A stretch of DNA of 35,647 nucleotides. Origin: Candidatus Micrarchaeia archaeon. Its GTDB lineage: Archaea > Micrarchaeota > Micrarchaeia > Micrarchaeales > CABMGC01. Each line of letters begins with the position of its first letter. Within the stretch, counting starts at the first letter, position 1. The notes beneath the pieces are model-generated. The model made no database searches. It was not told the DNA's origin and worked only from the letters and a program-made list of their open reading frames with translations. Shown in pieces: positions 1 through 8,604 of this stretch. The stretch covers positions 1 to 35,647 of the forward strand of contig JBMFWW010000005.1 in the NCBI GenBank assembly GCA_049964835.1. The letters are read 5' to 3'. The translations under genes and the position numbers were made by a program.

Positions 1-12
1 GGAGCATAAGTA

Positions 13-20
13 TTTAAATT
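13..20 (+). promoter_or_regulatory. Archaeal TATA box, probably driving a leaderless transcript of the pilin-like gene
   Basis: AAGTA-TTTAAATT lying 19-26 nt before ATG 39; same pattern as other promoters in the window. Confidence 0.5.
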
Positions 21-38
21 TTTAGTTTTCTAATAATA

Positions 39-1523
39 ATGGCATACATGTCCAAAAAAATAGTTAAAAAATACAAAAAAGAGACTCACGGTCAATCAGC
101 AATGGAATACCTAATGACATACGGTTGGTCAATACTTATTATTGCAATTGCTCTTGTTTCACTCTTCGAATTAGGATACTTTAACACAAGTAATATTTCA
201 CGAAGTGCATGTTTATCACAAGTAGGTTTTCTATGTACAAATCCAATTTTAAATTCAACTGGTAATCTTACATTAACCGTTGGAAATAATCAAGGAGGAA
301 ATCTTGTAGTTACTGGGCTTGGTTGTTCTAATTCATCTGCAGCTCCAACAGTTTATTCTCCAATACTTTTGACATTAGGCGAGGGTCAAGAGAAAAATGT
401 AACATTTATGTGCCAATTGCAATCGCAAAGTTTAGGTTCATCATTTAAAGGCTCTTTATGGTTAAAATTAAATAATGGCCAACAAGAAGAGTTAGGAAGT
501 ACATCAGCAACTGTATCTACTGGAAGTCCAACCGGATCTAGTGGGAGTAACGGACAAGGAACAATATATCTTTCAAATAGTGAATCTGAATCAAACAATG
601 TAATACAATTAAACTTAGCAAATGGTAATATAATAAATTCGATAAGTTTAGGTGAAACGCCTCTTGATGGTCCTATTTCTGTTGCATTTTATGATCAAGA
701 TTTATATATAACCAATCAATATGGTGGCCAATATGGTTCTGGAAATATAATCATCTACAACACCCAAACAAACCAATTCTCCTCAATCGACTCACCTCTT
801 TTCGATCGTCCTCAAGGAATAGCCTTCTCCGGAGCGAATGCATATATAACAAATCTATATGGAGGTTTATTACAAACTGGAAATATAATAACTTTAAATA
901 TTTTCGACAATATAATAACAGGTTCACCACGTTTTACAAATAATAATATGCTTTATAATCCTTCTTCAATAATTTTAAATGGTAGTTTAGGATATCTTAT
1001 GGGTGAACAATATGGACAATACGCATTATTTACATTTAATCCCTTTAATAATGAGGTAAATAAAATCAGTTCTTATATTAATTACCTCGGTTCAACTCCA
1101 AGTTTAAGTATTTATAATAATAATTTATATATGGTTTATTCGTATACTCCTGATCTTTTATCTGGTAATTTATTAATCTACAACACCCAAACAAACCAAT
1201 TCTCCTCAATCGACTCACCTCTTTTCGATGATCCTCAAGGAATAGCCTTCTCCGGCGCGAATGCATATATAACAAACCCAAATGGTGGCCAATATAACTC
1301 CGGCAACTTGCTCATCTACAACACCCAAACCAATCAATTCTCCTCAATCGACTCATCTCTTTTCGATAATCCGGAATATATAACAAAATCAGGAAGTGAT
1401 CTTTACATCTACAATAGTGGCAATAGTAATATTCTAGTTTATAATCCATCACAAGATGCGATAGTAAATACAATAACTTCGGTATCCCATGGTTATTCAA
1501 TAACTGGTATGTCTAATACTTAG
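39..1523 (+). CDS. Class III signal peptide (type IV pilin-like) surface protein with C-terminal beta-propeller repeats
   Basis: N-terminus KKETHG|QSAMEYLMTYGWSILIIAIAL (prepilin peptidase site, E at +5), Cys-containing pilin-like domain, S/G linker, then repeated blades PQGIAFSGANAYITN...IYNTQTNQ. Confidence 0.8.
   Translation: MAYMSKKIVKKYKKETHGQSAMEYLMTYGWSILIIAIALVSLFELGYFNTSNISRSACLSQVGFLCTNPILNSTGNLTLTVGNNQGGNLVVTGLGCSNSSAAPTVYSPILLTLGEGQEKNVTFMCQLQSQSLGSSFKGSLWLKLNNGQQEELGSTSATVSTGSPTGSSGSNGQGTIYLSNSESESNNVIQLNLANGNIINSISLGETPLDGPISVAFYDQDLYITNQYGGQYGSGNIIIYNTQTNQFSSIDSPLFDRPQGIAFSGANAYITNLYGGLLQTGNIITLNIFDNIITGSPRFTNNNMLYNPSSIILNGSLGYLMGEQYGQYALFTFNPFNNEVNKISSYINYLGSTPSLSIYNNNLYMVYSYTPDLLSGNLLIYNTQTNQFSSIDSPLFDDPQGIAFSGANAYITNPNGGQYNSGNLLIYNTQTNQFSSIDSSLFDNPEYITKSGSDLYIYNSGNSNILVYNPSQDAIVNTITSVSHGYSITGMSNT
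753..1367 (+). repeat. Intragenic direct repeats encoding propeller blades
   Basis: 753-853 vs 1176-1276 differ at 3 of 101 nt; 1314-1367 matches the first 54 nt of copy 1 with 3 differences. Confidence 0.9.
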
Positions 1524-1682
1524 TTTTACTAAAAACATCAATTTTGATTTACGTAAAAATTAAATATACATTTAAATATCTTTAAATAAAATACATATTA
1601 TTATATAAAAGTATAAAATAATAAAAAATTTTAAAAAGAGCAGAAAAAATTCTAATTTAGATGTACATACACATACTTATCC

Positions 1683-1698
1683 AAAAAGTATTTAAATA
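1683..1698 (+). promoter_or_regulatory. BRE/TATA promoter of the ribosomal protein operon
   Basis: AAAAAGTA-TTTAAATA, implying a transcript start near 1717-1722 and a 5' UTR of about 130 nt. Confidence 0.6.
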
Positions 1699-1716
1699 CG
1701 TTTGACTATAAATATT

Positions 1717-1818
1717 GAGTATTCTGTAGGCCTTAATATTTAAGGCAATGTGTGCAAGATTTTATCGTTGCATAACTCTTAACATTTGTGGACACAAGTT
1801 GTCTAAACGCAGTAAGAG
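1717..1818 (+). ncRNA. Candidate structured 5' leader (ribosomal protein leader) upstream of eL15
   Basis: Stems GCCTTAA/TTAAGGC (1730-1746), TGTGCAA/TTGCATA (1751-1774), GGACA/TGTCT (1790-1804), CTCTTA/TAAGAG (1776-1818). Confidence 0.5.
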
Positions 1819-1849
1819 AAAAATTGGAATTTAAAATTGGTGCTATAAA

Positions 1850-2425
1850 ATGGGCGCTTATAAATACATAAAGGAAAACTTTCAAAAGCAATACAAAAAT
1901 AGAGATTCTATACTCAAGAAAAGGGTTTCAGAATGGGGTAAGGAATCATCTATAGTTAGGTTAGAGAAGCCAACAAATATAGCAAGAGCAAGAGAATTAG
2001 GCTACAAAGCAAAGCAAGGTGTAGTTGTAGTTAGATGTAGTATAAGAAAAGGTATGAGAAAAAGAGAAAAGCCTAGAGGCGGAAGAAAACCATCAAAGAA
2101 CGGAAGATTTTTTTCATATGTAAAATCGTTACAGTCGATCGCAGAAGAAAGAGCTTCAAGAAAGTACATGAACACAGAAGTCTTAAACTCTTATTATGTC
2201 GGAGAAGACGGAAGATATAAATTTTTTGAAGTTATACTTTTAGACGGAAGCCACGGTTCAATACTTTCCGACAGTCTTTATAGCGATGTTGTAAGTTCAA
2301 AAGGAAGAGTATTCAGAGGGCTTACAAGTTCTGGTATAAAGCACAGAGGTTTATTACATAAAGGTAAAACAACTATAATTTCAAGGCCAAGTGTAAGATC
2401 TGCACAAAGAGGAATAAGGGTATAA
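1850..2425 (+). CDS. rpl15e: 50S ribosomal protein L15e
   Basis: MGAYKYI...PTNIARARELGYKAKQGVVVVR...EVLNSYYVGEDG...GRVFRGLTSSG. Confidence 0.97.
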   Translation: MGAYKYIKENFQKQYKNRDSILKKRVSEWGKESSIVRLEKPTNIARARELGYKAKQGVVVVRCSIRKGMRKREKPRGGRKPSKNGRFFSYVKSLQSIAEERASRKYMNTEVLNSYYVGEDGRYKFFEVILLDGSHGSILSDSLYSDVVSSKGRVFRGLTSSGIKHRGLLHKGKTTIISRPSVRSAQRGIRV

Positions 2426-2428
2426 TAA

Positions 2429-2653
2429 ATGAGTTGCGCAAATCTTAATATTGACTTAAAAGATTCAAATCAATATATTTCAATACTGCAAAGTGATAAA
2501 GATATAGATTCAGGAGTAAATTTTAATAAAACAGATAACGGCTTAAAAATAGAGTTTCATGCAGAAACTCCAAAGGCCCTGCTTTCTTTAATAGGAAGCA
2601 CGATCAGAAAGATAAGAGTAATAGAAAATGTTTCAGAAATATCAAAGAATTAA
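2429..2653 (+). CDS. Small protein, probably KEOPS subunit Pcc1-like
   Basis: 74 aa; LKIEFHAETPKALLSLIGSTIRKIRVIE resembles the Pcc1 C-terminal strand-helix; lies between rpl15e and rpl3. Confidence 0.5.
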   Translation: MSCANLNIDLKDSNQYISILQSDKDIDSGVNFNKTDNGLKIEFHAETPKALLSLIGSTIRKIRVIENVSEISKN

Positions 2654-2667
2654 ACCGTGTGAGTTAA

Positions 2668-3624
2668 ATGAGAAAAGGTTCATTAGAATATTGGCCACAT
2701 AGGCGCGCTAAAAGACAAATGCCTAGAGTTAGGACCTTTGCAAATCAAAAAGATGCTGCTTTGTTAGGTTTTGTAGCTTTTAAAGCTGGAATGACACATT
2801 TATTAATGATAGATGACAGCGAATCACCTGCAAAAGGAACAGAGGTTTCAAGAGCTGTGACCGTTCTAGAAATTCCAAAGGTTTACATTTATGGTATTAG
2901 ATCATATAAAAAAGGATACATCTACAAAGAAATAGCCAATGAAGTTTACGATGCCAAATTAGCAACAAATGTAGGTATTAAAGCTACTAAAAACACAGAA
3001 CTTTCAAAGATAAAATCAAAATCTGATGCTCTTGTAGATATTGCTGCGTTAGCATATCTTGATGCAGGTTCATTAAGTTTTGGTAATAAAAGAATAATGC
3101 GTTTTGAGGTTCCTATAAGTGGATCAGATATAAATACAAAGCTTACATATGCAGAAAGTATACTAGGTAAAGAGGTAAAAATCTCTGATTTTATAAAACC
3201 TGGAGAGTATATTGACATAACCGCCATATCAAAAGGAAAAGGATGGGCAGGAGTAATAAAAAGATTTGGAGTTTCAAGGCAGTATAGAAAAGCAACCGGA
3301 AAGGTAAGGCACGTAGGTACTCTTGGAGCATGGCATCCTCCTAAAGTTCTTTTTACAGTTCCACATTCTGGTCACAAAGGTTATAACTACAGAACAGAAA
3401 TAAATAAAAGAGTAATAAAGGTAGGAAGTGAAAAGGACGTGAACACAATAAATATAAAAGGAGGATTTACAAATTATGGCGTTTTAAAGAATGACTTTAT
3501 AGTAATAGATGGAAGTATACCTGGCTCTTCAAAAAGATTAATAAGAATAAGAAAGGCTGTAAGAAGTACATCAAAAATAAAGGAGCCAAATGTCGTTTAT
3601 ACATCTTTAGAGTCTAAGCAGTGA
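2668..3624 (+). CDS. rpl3: 50S ribosomal protein uL3
   Basis: RKGSLEYWPHRRA, FKAGMTH, SKGKGWAGVIKRFG, RHVGTLGAWHP. Confidence 0.97.
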   Translation: MRKGSLEYWPHRRAKRQMPRVRTFANQKDAALLGFVAFKAGMTHLLMIDDSESPAKGTEVSRAVTVLEIPKVYIYGIRSYKKGYIYKEIANEVYDAKLATNVGIKATKNTELSKIKSKSDALVDIAALAYLDAGSLSFGNKRIMRFEVPISGSDINTKLTYAESILGKEVKISDFIKPGEYIDITAISKGKGWAGVIKRFGVSRQYRKATGKVRHVGTLGAWHPPKVLFTVPHSGHKGYNYRTEINKRVIKVGSEKDVNTINIKGGFTNYGVLKNDFIVIDGSIPGSSKRLIRIRKAVRSTSKIKEPNVVYTSLESKQ

Positions 3625-3629
3625 GCTAA

Positions 3630-4433
3630 ATGGAAGTAAATGTTTATAATATAAATGGAGAAAGTTCTGGAAAGATAAAGTTACCAGAGGTTTTCTCAGA
3701 AGAGTTCAGAGAGGATCTGATAAAAAGAGCAATACTAAGCGAGCAAAGCAAAGAGCAGCAGCCACAAGGCCATTATCTAATGGCGGGTTTAAACACTACC
3801 GCTGTTTATGTAGGAAAGTACTCCGGATATAGAAGAGGAAGACATATGGGTATAGCCATAAGACCAAGGCAAAAACTTGCTGCAGGGGCAATGGGAGCTG
3901 TTAGAAGAATACCTTCTAGTGTAAAAGGAAAAAGAGCACATCCACATAAGATAGAAAAGATAATTGAAGAGAGAATAAATAAAAAAGAGTATGTAAAAGC
4001 AATAAAGTCCGCAATAGCCGGCTCCGCAAATAACATTGCATTGAAGAAAAAGCATATCTTTCAAGAAGAGTTCCATTCACCAGTAATAATAGATGATTCT
4101 ATTGAAAGTATTTCAAAATCAAAGGAAGTTATGCAATTAATTAAAAAATTAGGCCTATCTAATGATATTGAAAAGTCACATAAACCACGTTTAAGGAAAG
4201 GACTTTCAAGAAGTTCAAACAAAAGACGTTTTAGAAAGTCAATATTAATTGTTACAAAACCAAATTCAAAGATAGAAAAAGCAGGCAGAAATATTCCTGG
4301 AGTTGATGTTTGTACAATAGACTCATTGACAGTTAATAAATTAGCACCTGGAGGTTTGCCTCGTTTTGCAATATGGAGCAAAGGAGCTGTAGAGTCCATA
4401 GAAACACAATTAAAAAATAAGGAAAATAGTTGA
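3630..4433 (+). CDS. rpl4: 50S ribosomal protein uL4
   Basis: LPEVF...REDLIKRA, GKRAHP, RNIPGVDV, LAPGGLPR; operon position. Confidence 0.95.
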   Translation: MEVNVYNINGESSGKIKLPEVFSEEFREDLIKRAILSEQSKEQQPQGHYLMAGLNTTAVYVGKYSGYRRGRHMGIAIRPRQKLAAGAMGAVRRIPSSVKGKRAHPHKIEKIIEERINKKEYVKAIKSAIAGSANNIALKKKHIFQEEFHSPVIIDDSIESISKSKEVMQLIKKLGLSNDIEKSHKPRLRKGLSRSSNKRRFRKSILIVTKPNSKIEKAGRNIPGVDVCTIDSLTVNKLAPGGLPRFAIWSKGAVESIETQLKNKENS

Positions 4434-4437
4434 TTAG

Positions 4438-4689
4438 ATGAATGCATTAGAGTATCCAATAGCAACAGAAAAGGCGCTTAATCTTGCCGAAAGAAACAAT
4501 ACAATAATATATGTTGTTTCAAATAAATCAACAAAAAAAGATATTAAAAAGGAGTTTGAAGAAACTTTTAAGGTTAAGATAGAAAAGGTTAATACAGTTA
4601 ACGAGCCAAATAACATAAAGCGTGCTTATATAGTACTTAAAAAGGAGTATCTCGCTTCAGAGATAGCAAAGAAATTAAAATTAGTGTGA
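4438..4689 (+). CDS. rpl23: 50S ribosomal protein uL23
   Basis: YPIATEKA...NNTI...KVNT...KRAYIVL. Confidence 0.95.
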   Translation: MNALEYPIATEKALNLAERNNTIIYVVSNKSTKKDIKKEFEETFKVKIEKVNTVNEPNNIKRAYIVLKKEYLASEIAKKLKLV

Positions 4690-4704
4690 TAACAAGGTGA
4701 AAAG

Positions 4705-5424
4705 ATGGGAAAACGATTAAAACAGCAAAGACGTGGAAAAGGCAGTAATGTATACAGAAAACCTGCAAACCACTTTAAGGCTGATGTTTTATTTAAAAAT
4801 CATAACTCTCAAAATAAGGTTGTCGGAGAGGTAGTAGAGTTCATAGACGACCCTGGACATACCGCTCCATTAATGAAGATACTTTATGAAGATTATACAA
4901 CTTCAACATTAATAGCACCTGAAGGAATAAAGATAGGAGATAAGATAGAAGAAGGAAACAACGCATCATTGACATTAGGAAGTGTTCTAAAATTAAAAGA
5001 AATACCAGACGGAATGCCTATATACAATATAGAGTCATTTCCAGGAGATGGCGGCAAGCTTACGAGAGCTGCAGGAACATTCGCAACCGTAGTTGCGCAC
5101 AACAGCAATTCGGTAACAGTTTCTATGCCTTCAAAACAAAATGTAGATTTTAGTCCAGAGTGCAGAGCAGAGATTGGCGCTGTGGCTGGAGGAGGAGCAA
5201 AGGCAAAACCAATAATGAAGGCCGGAAAGAACTTTTATATTAAACATGCAGTTAATAGAACATGGCCAACCAACAGAGGAGTAAAATCAAACCCTGTGGA
5301 TCATCCTTTTGGAGGAAAGCAACACCACAAGGGAGCTTCAAGTATGACCTCAAGAAATGCGCCTCCTGGAGCAAAGGTCGGCCATATAGCGGCTAGAAGA
5401 GTAGGTAGAAAGAAGAGAGGATAA
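4705..5424 (+). CDS. rpl2: 50S ribosomal protein uL2
   Basis: MGKRLKQQRRGKG, DPGHTAP, NPVDHPFGG, RNAPPGAKVGHIAARR; AGGTGA SD. Confidence 0.97.
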   Translation: MGKRLKQQRRGKGSNVYRKPANHFKADVLFKNHNSQNKVVGEVVEFIDDPGHTAPLMKILYEDYTTSTLIAPEGIKIGDKIEEGNNASLTLGSVLKLKEIPDGMPIYNIESFPGDGGKLTRAAGTFATVVAHNSNSVTVSMPSKQNVDFSPECRAEIGAVAGGGAKAKPIMKAGKNFYIKHAVNRTWPTNRGVKSNPVDHPFGGKQHHKGASSMTSRNAPPGAKVGHIAARRVGRKKRG

Positions 5425-5426
5425 AT

Positions 5427-5819
5427 ATGGCAAGGCAGTATAAATTTAGAGGAAAAAGTTTAGAAGAGATAAAAGCATTAGACTTAAAAGGATATTCAGA
5501 ACTTCTTAACTCAAGGCAAAGAAGGTCAATAAAAAGAATGGGCCATGAGTATAAAGAGTTAATAGCAAAAGTAAATGAAGCGATAGAGAGCAAAAGCGAT
5601 AAGCCAATAAAAACACATATACGTGAAGCTGTAATACTTCCAAATTGGGTAGGTTTAAGATTCGGTATTTATAATGGAAAGGAGTTCAAGGATGTACTAA
5701 TAACTGAAGAGATGCTTGGTCATAGATTAGGCGAGTTCTCATTTAGTACAAAGAGAGTTATACACTCAGCTCCTGGAATCAGGGCTACAAGAGGTAGTAA
5801 GTTCTTAGAGGTGAAGTGA
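5427..5819 (+). CDS. rps19: 30S ribosomal protein uS19
   Basis: IKTHIREAVILP...YNGKEF...MLGHRLGEFS...PGIRATRGS. Confidence 0.97.
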   Translation: MARQYKFRGKSLEEIKALDLKGYSELLNSRQRRSIKRMGHEYKELIAKVNEAIESKSDKPIKTHIREAVILPNWVGLRFGIYNGKEFKDVLITEEMLGHRLGEFSFSTKRVIHSAPGIRATRGSKFLEVK

Positions 5820-6610
5820 TGAAATACTCATTCAATATAAATGTAAATAAAGATTCAATAGCATATGCTTACAAAGAGGACATAAATGCCAGTTATAAAG
5901 ATTTAGGAGCAGTGTGCGATGCTGTAAGATATCTAAAAGCTAGCAGCGCAGTAGCATTAACCGAAAAGCTTTCAAGAATGGAAATGCCAATACCTTTCAG
6001 ACGACATAACAAGCATATGGGAGCTAGGCATGAATTGCACGGAAGGAAAGGAAAGTATCCTGTAAAGGCAGCAAAGGAGGTAAGGCTTGTACTATTAAAT
6101 GCGATAGCAAATGCCAATAATAAAGCACTATCTGGAGAAGATTTAATAGTTCTACATGCAAGTGCAAACAAAACACAGATAATCAGAAGACAGCCTTCAA
6201 AAGGAAGCCTTGCTTGGGGGCGCGGAATGTATGGTAGATCTGCACTTATGCATAGTGATATTGAGTATGCAAAGATAGAGATAATTCTTGGCAGTCCAGA
6301 TGAAAAAGAACTTACTAAAAATATGAAATATTTCATAAATAAAAAATCAAAGATATCAAAGAAATTTGAGTCAGTCGAAAGAGTTGTAATAAAAAAGAAA
6401 AAAGATGATCCAAAGAAAGAAAAGGAAAAAGCACAGTCAAAAACAGATGAGTCTAAAATTAAAAAAGAGCAAAATCAAAATCCAAAGCATGAAAAGGAAA
6501 AGACAAGTACACAAAGTAATTCAGTTACAAAAAACTTAGAACATGAAAATGAACCGAAGGCTGAGTCAACAAAAAATGACGTTAAAGAATCAAAAGATAA
6601 AAATGAGTGA
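5819..6610 (+). CDS. rpl22: 50S ribosomal protein uL22 with long charged C-terminal extension
   Basis: GKYPVKAAKEV...LLNAIANA; ATG 5819 overlaps the rps19 stop (TGATG) with a GAGGTGA SD; K/E-rich tail. Confidence 0.93.
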   Translation: MKYSFNINVNKDSIAYAYKEDINASYKDLGAVCDAVRYLKASSAVALTEKLSRMEMPIPFRRHNKHMGARHELHGRKGKYPVKAAKEVRLVLLNAIANANNKALSGEDLIVLHASANKTQIIRRQPSKGSLAWGRGMYGRSALMHSDIEYAKIEIILGSPDEKELTKNMKYFINKKSKISKKFESVERVVIKKKKDDPKKEKEKAQSKTDESKIKKEQNQNPKHEKEKTSTQSNSVTKNLEHENEPKAESTKNDVKESKDKNE

Positions 6611-7269
6611 ATTTTGTGGTAGTAGAAAGAAAGTTTATATCAGATCTTATAGTTAAAGCAAGAATTTCAAGATACTTAGAGGTAAAGCTCTCAAAGGCAG
6701 GCTTCTCAAGAGTAGAGATACAAAAGACACCAATAATAACTAGAATAACTCCTTATGTAATAAATCCTGGCAGAGTAATAGGAAGAGGCGGAGAGACGAT
6801 CGACTCGCTTACAGAAACAATGAAAAAGAAGTTCAAGCTTGAAAATCCACAAATAAGCGTTGCACAGGTTGTAAATCCAAAGCTAGAGCCAAGACTAGTA
6901 GCTAAATCAATAGCAAACTCTCTCGAGAGAGGCATAAATCCTAGAAGATTAATACATACAGCAATAAAAGAGATAATGGAAAATGGCGCTCTTGGAGCAG
7001 AGATAATAGCAAAAGGAAAGCTCGCTGCGAAGGGCGCTAGAGCAAAGAAGATGAAGGTAAGATTAGGATACCTGCCTAAATCAGGAAACGCTTCAAAACT
7101 TGTAGATGTAGCACAAATAGCCTCATATCCTAAATATGGAGCTATTGGAGTAACAGTTAGAATAGTGCAGCCAGGAACAAAGTTTCCAGACAGAGATGTT
7201 AAGAAGGTCGACATACCTAAAAACATAGCAGCAGCAGGCATACGTGATAATAAATATCCAAGAAAATAA
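6607..7269 (+). CDS. rps3: 30S ribosomal protein uS3 (start may be GTG 6616)
   Basis: AGFSRVEIQKTP, KH motif PGRVIGRGG, GALGAEII, GYLPKSG. Confidence 0.97.
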   Translation: MNFVVVERKFISDLIVKARISRYLEVKLSKAGFSRVEIQKTPIITRITPYVINPGRVIGRGGETIDSLTETMKKKFKLENPQISVAQVVNPKLEPRLVAKSIANSLERGINPRRLIHTAIKEIMENGALGAEIIAKGKLAAKGARAKKMKVRLGYLPKSGNASKLVDVAQIASYPKYGAIGVTVRIVQPGTKFPDRDVKKVDIPKNIAAAGIRDNKYPRK

Positions 7270-7299
7270 GAATAAAAAGATAATAAACAAAAAATAATA

Positions 7300-7311
7300 A
7301 AAGTTTAAATA
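7300..7311 (+). promoter_or_regulatory. Internal TATA box upstream of rpl29
   Basis: AAAG-TTTAAATA, 24-31 nt before ATG 7335, in a 65-nt gap after rps3. Confidence 0.5.
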
Positions 7312-7334
7312 TCTTTTTCGACATAATGATACTT

Positions 7335-7532
7335 ATGAAAATAAAAGAACTTAGAGCTTTATCAAATGAAGCTTTAATTGCAAAGTTAAGCGAGTTAAAA
7401 CTCGATAAGAGCATAGAGAAAAGAAAGATAGTCTCTACTGGAGTTTCAAGTAAGCAGGTTAAATTGCGAGAGATGAAAAGAACTATTGCTCAAATACTGA
7501 CTCTTCTTAAGGAAAGAGGTGCGGCAACCTAA
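7335..7532 (+). CDS. rpl29: 50S ribosomal protein uL29
   Basis: MKIKELRALS...LREMKRTIAQILT; follows rps3; alternative start 7326. Confidence 0.92.
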   Translation: MKIKELRALSNEALIAKLSELKLDKSIEKRKIVSTGVSSKQVKLREMKRTIAQILTLLKERGAAT

Positions 7533-7837
7533 TGCCTGATATCTGTCCAAAATGCGGTCTTCCAAAAGAGATCTGCGTATGCGATGTTCTTAACAAAGAG
7601 ACAAACAGAAAGATAAAGATATACACCGAAAAGAAAAAGTTCAAAAAGTATATGACAGTTGTTTCTGGTCTTACAGGGGATGAGATGGACAAAACAGCTA
7701 AGGAACTAAAGCGAATGCTTGCCTGCGGCGGCACATCAAAGAATGGAATAATAGAGCTTCAGGGAGAGCACAAAGAAGCTGTAAAGAAGGCCCTACTATC
7801 TCTTGGATATCCTGAAGAAAGCATCGACGCTGCTTGA
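7532..7837 (+). CDS. sui1: Translation initiation factor aIF1/SUI1
   Basis: ICPKCGLPKEICVC zinc-ribbon start; LKRMLACGGTSK; IELQGEH. Confidence 0.95.
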   Translation: MPDICPKCGLPKEICVCDVLNKETNRKIKIYTEKKKFKKYMTVVSGLTGDEMDKTAKELKRMLACGGTSKNGIIELQGEHKEAVKKALLSLGYPEESIDAA

Positions 7838-7895
7838 TATAAATAATAATTATAATAATTATCAACATTTTTATTCTTGAATTCTTCTTATCCTT

Positions 7896-8558
7896 TTAAT
7901 TATTTTGTTTCTTTTTTATAACCGTGCTGCTGGGACAGATTTTATTCAGTACACATTTGTCACAGAATGTTTTCTTAGCGGTGCAAGTATCTCTTCCTAG
8001 CGCAATAAGTAAATTAGATGAAATCTTCCAATATTTTTTTGGTAGTTTTTTCATCAAATCTTTTTCAATAACCTTAGGTTTTTTACTTTGCGTAAGACCC
8101 AGCCTTTTTGAAACTACTATACAATGCGTATCTATTGCTATTCCAAATTTAGATATTCCAAAACCCTCATTTAAAATGACGTTTGCAACCTTTCTTCCAA
8201 CTCCCGGTAGCTCCATAAGTCCATTTATAGTTTTTGGAACAGTTCCATTGAATTTATCAATTATTATTCTAGAAGATTCTCTTAGATGCTTTGCCTTTGT
8301 CTTATAATAATTCAAGCCATTAAGATATCTATAAAGTTCTTTTAAATCAGCATTTGAATAATCATTAAATGTCTTATATTTTTCAAACAATGTTTTAGTA
8401 ACTTTATTTACCTGATTGTCATTGCATTGCGGTGATAAAAGAACAGCAACAAACAACTCTGTAAGATTTTTATGCAAAAGCTCTGTATGCATCTTGTCTT
8501 TGTATCTTTTTCTTAGCTTCTTTATTACATTTACTGCATAATCATAATCAGTATCCAT
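7896..8558 (-). CDS. nth: Endonuclease III
   Basis: LLSPQCND, HhH motif LPGVGRKVAN, IDTH, C-terminal FeS motif CTAKKTFCDKCVLNKIC. Confidence 0.95.
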   Translation of the reverse strand: MDTDYDYAVNVIKKLRKRYKDKMHTELLHKNLTELFVAVLLSPQCNDNQVNKVTKTLFEKYKTFNDYSNADLKELYRYLNGLNYYKTKAKHLRESSRIIIDKFNGTVPKTINGLMELPGVGRKVANVILNEGFGISKFGIAIDTHCIVVSKRLGLTQSKKPKVIEKDLMKKLPKKYWKISSNLLIALGRDTCTAKKTFCDKCVLNKICPSSTVIKKKQNN

Positions 8559-8604
8559 AAATATAAATTGCTTAAAAAGAAATATATAATCTATTAAATA
8601 ACCG

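Noticed and set aside
753..1367. Repeats as a DGR template/variable pair or a CRISPR array
   Set aside because: They are in-frame coding repeats, mismatches are not adenine-specific, there is no reverse transcriptase or cas gene, and no regular spacers
2946..7734. Antisense ORFs over ribosomal protein genes
   Set aside because: Shadow frames of conserved genes with no motifs or start signals
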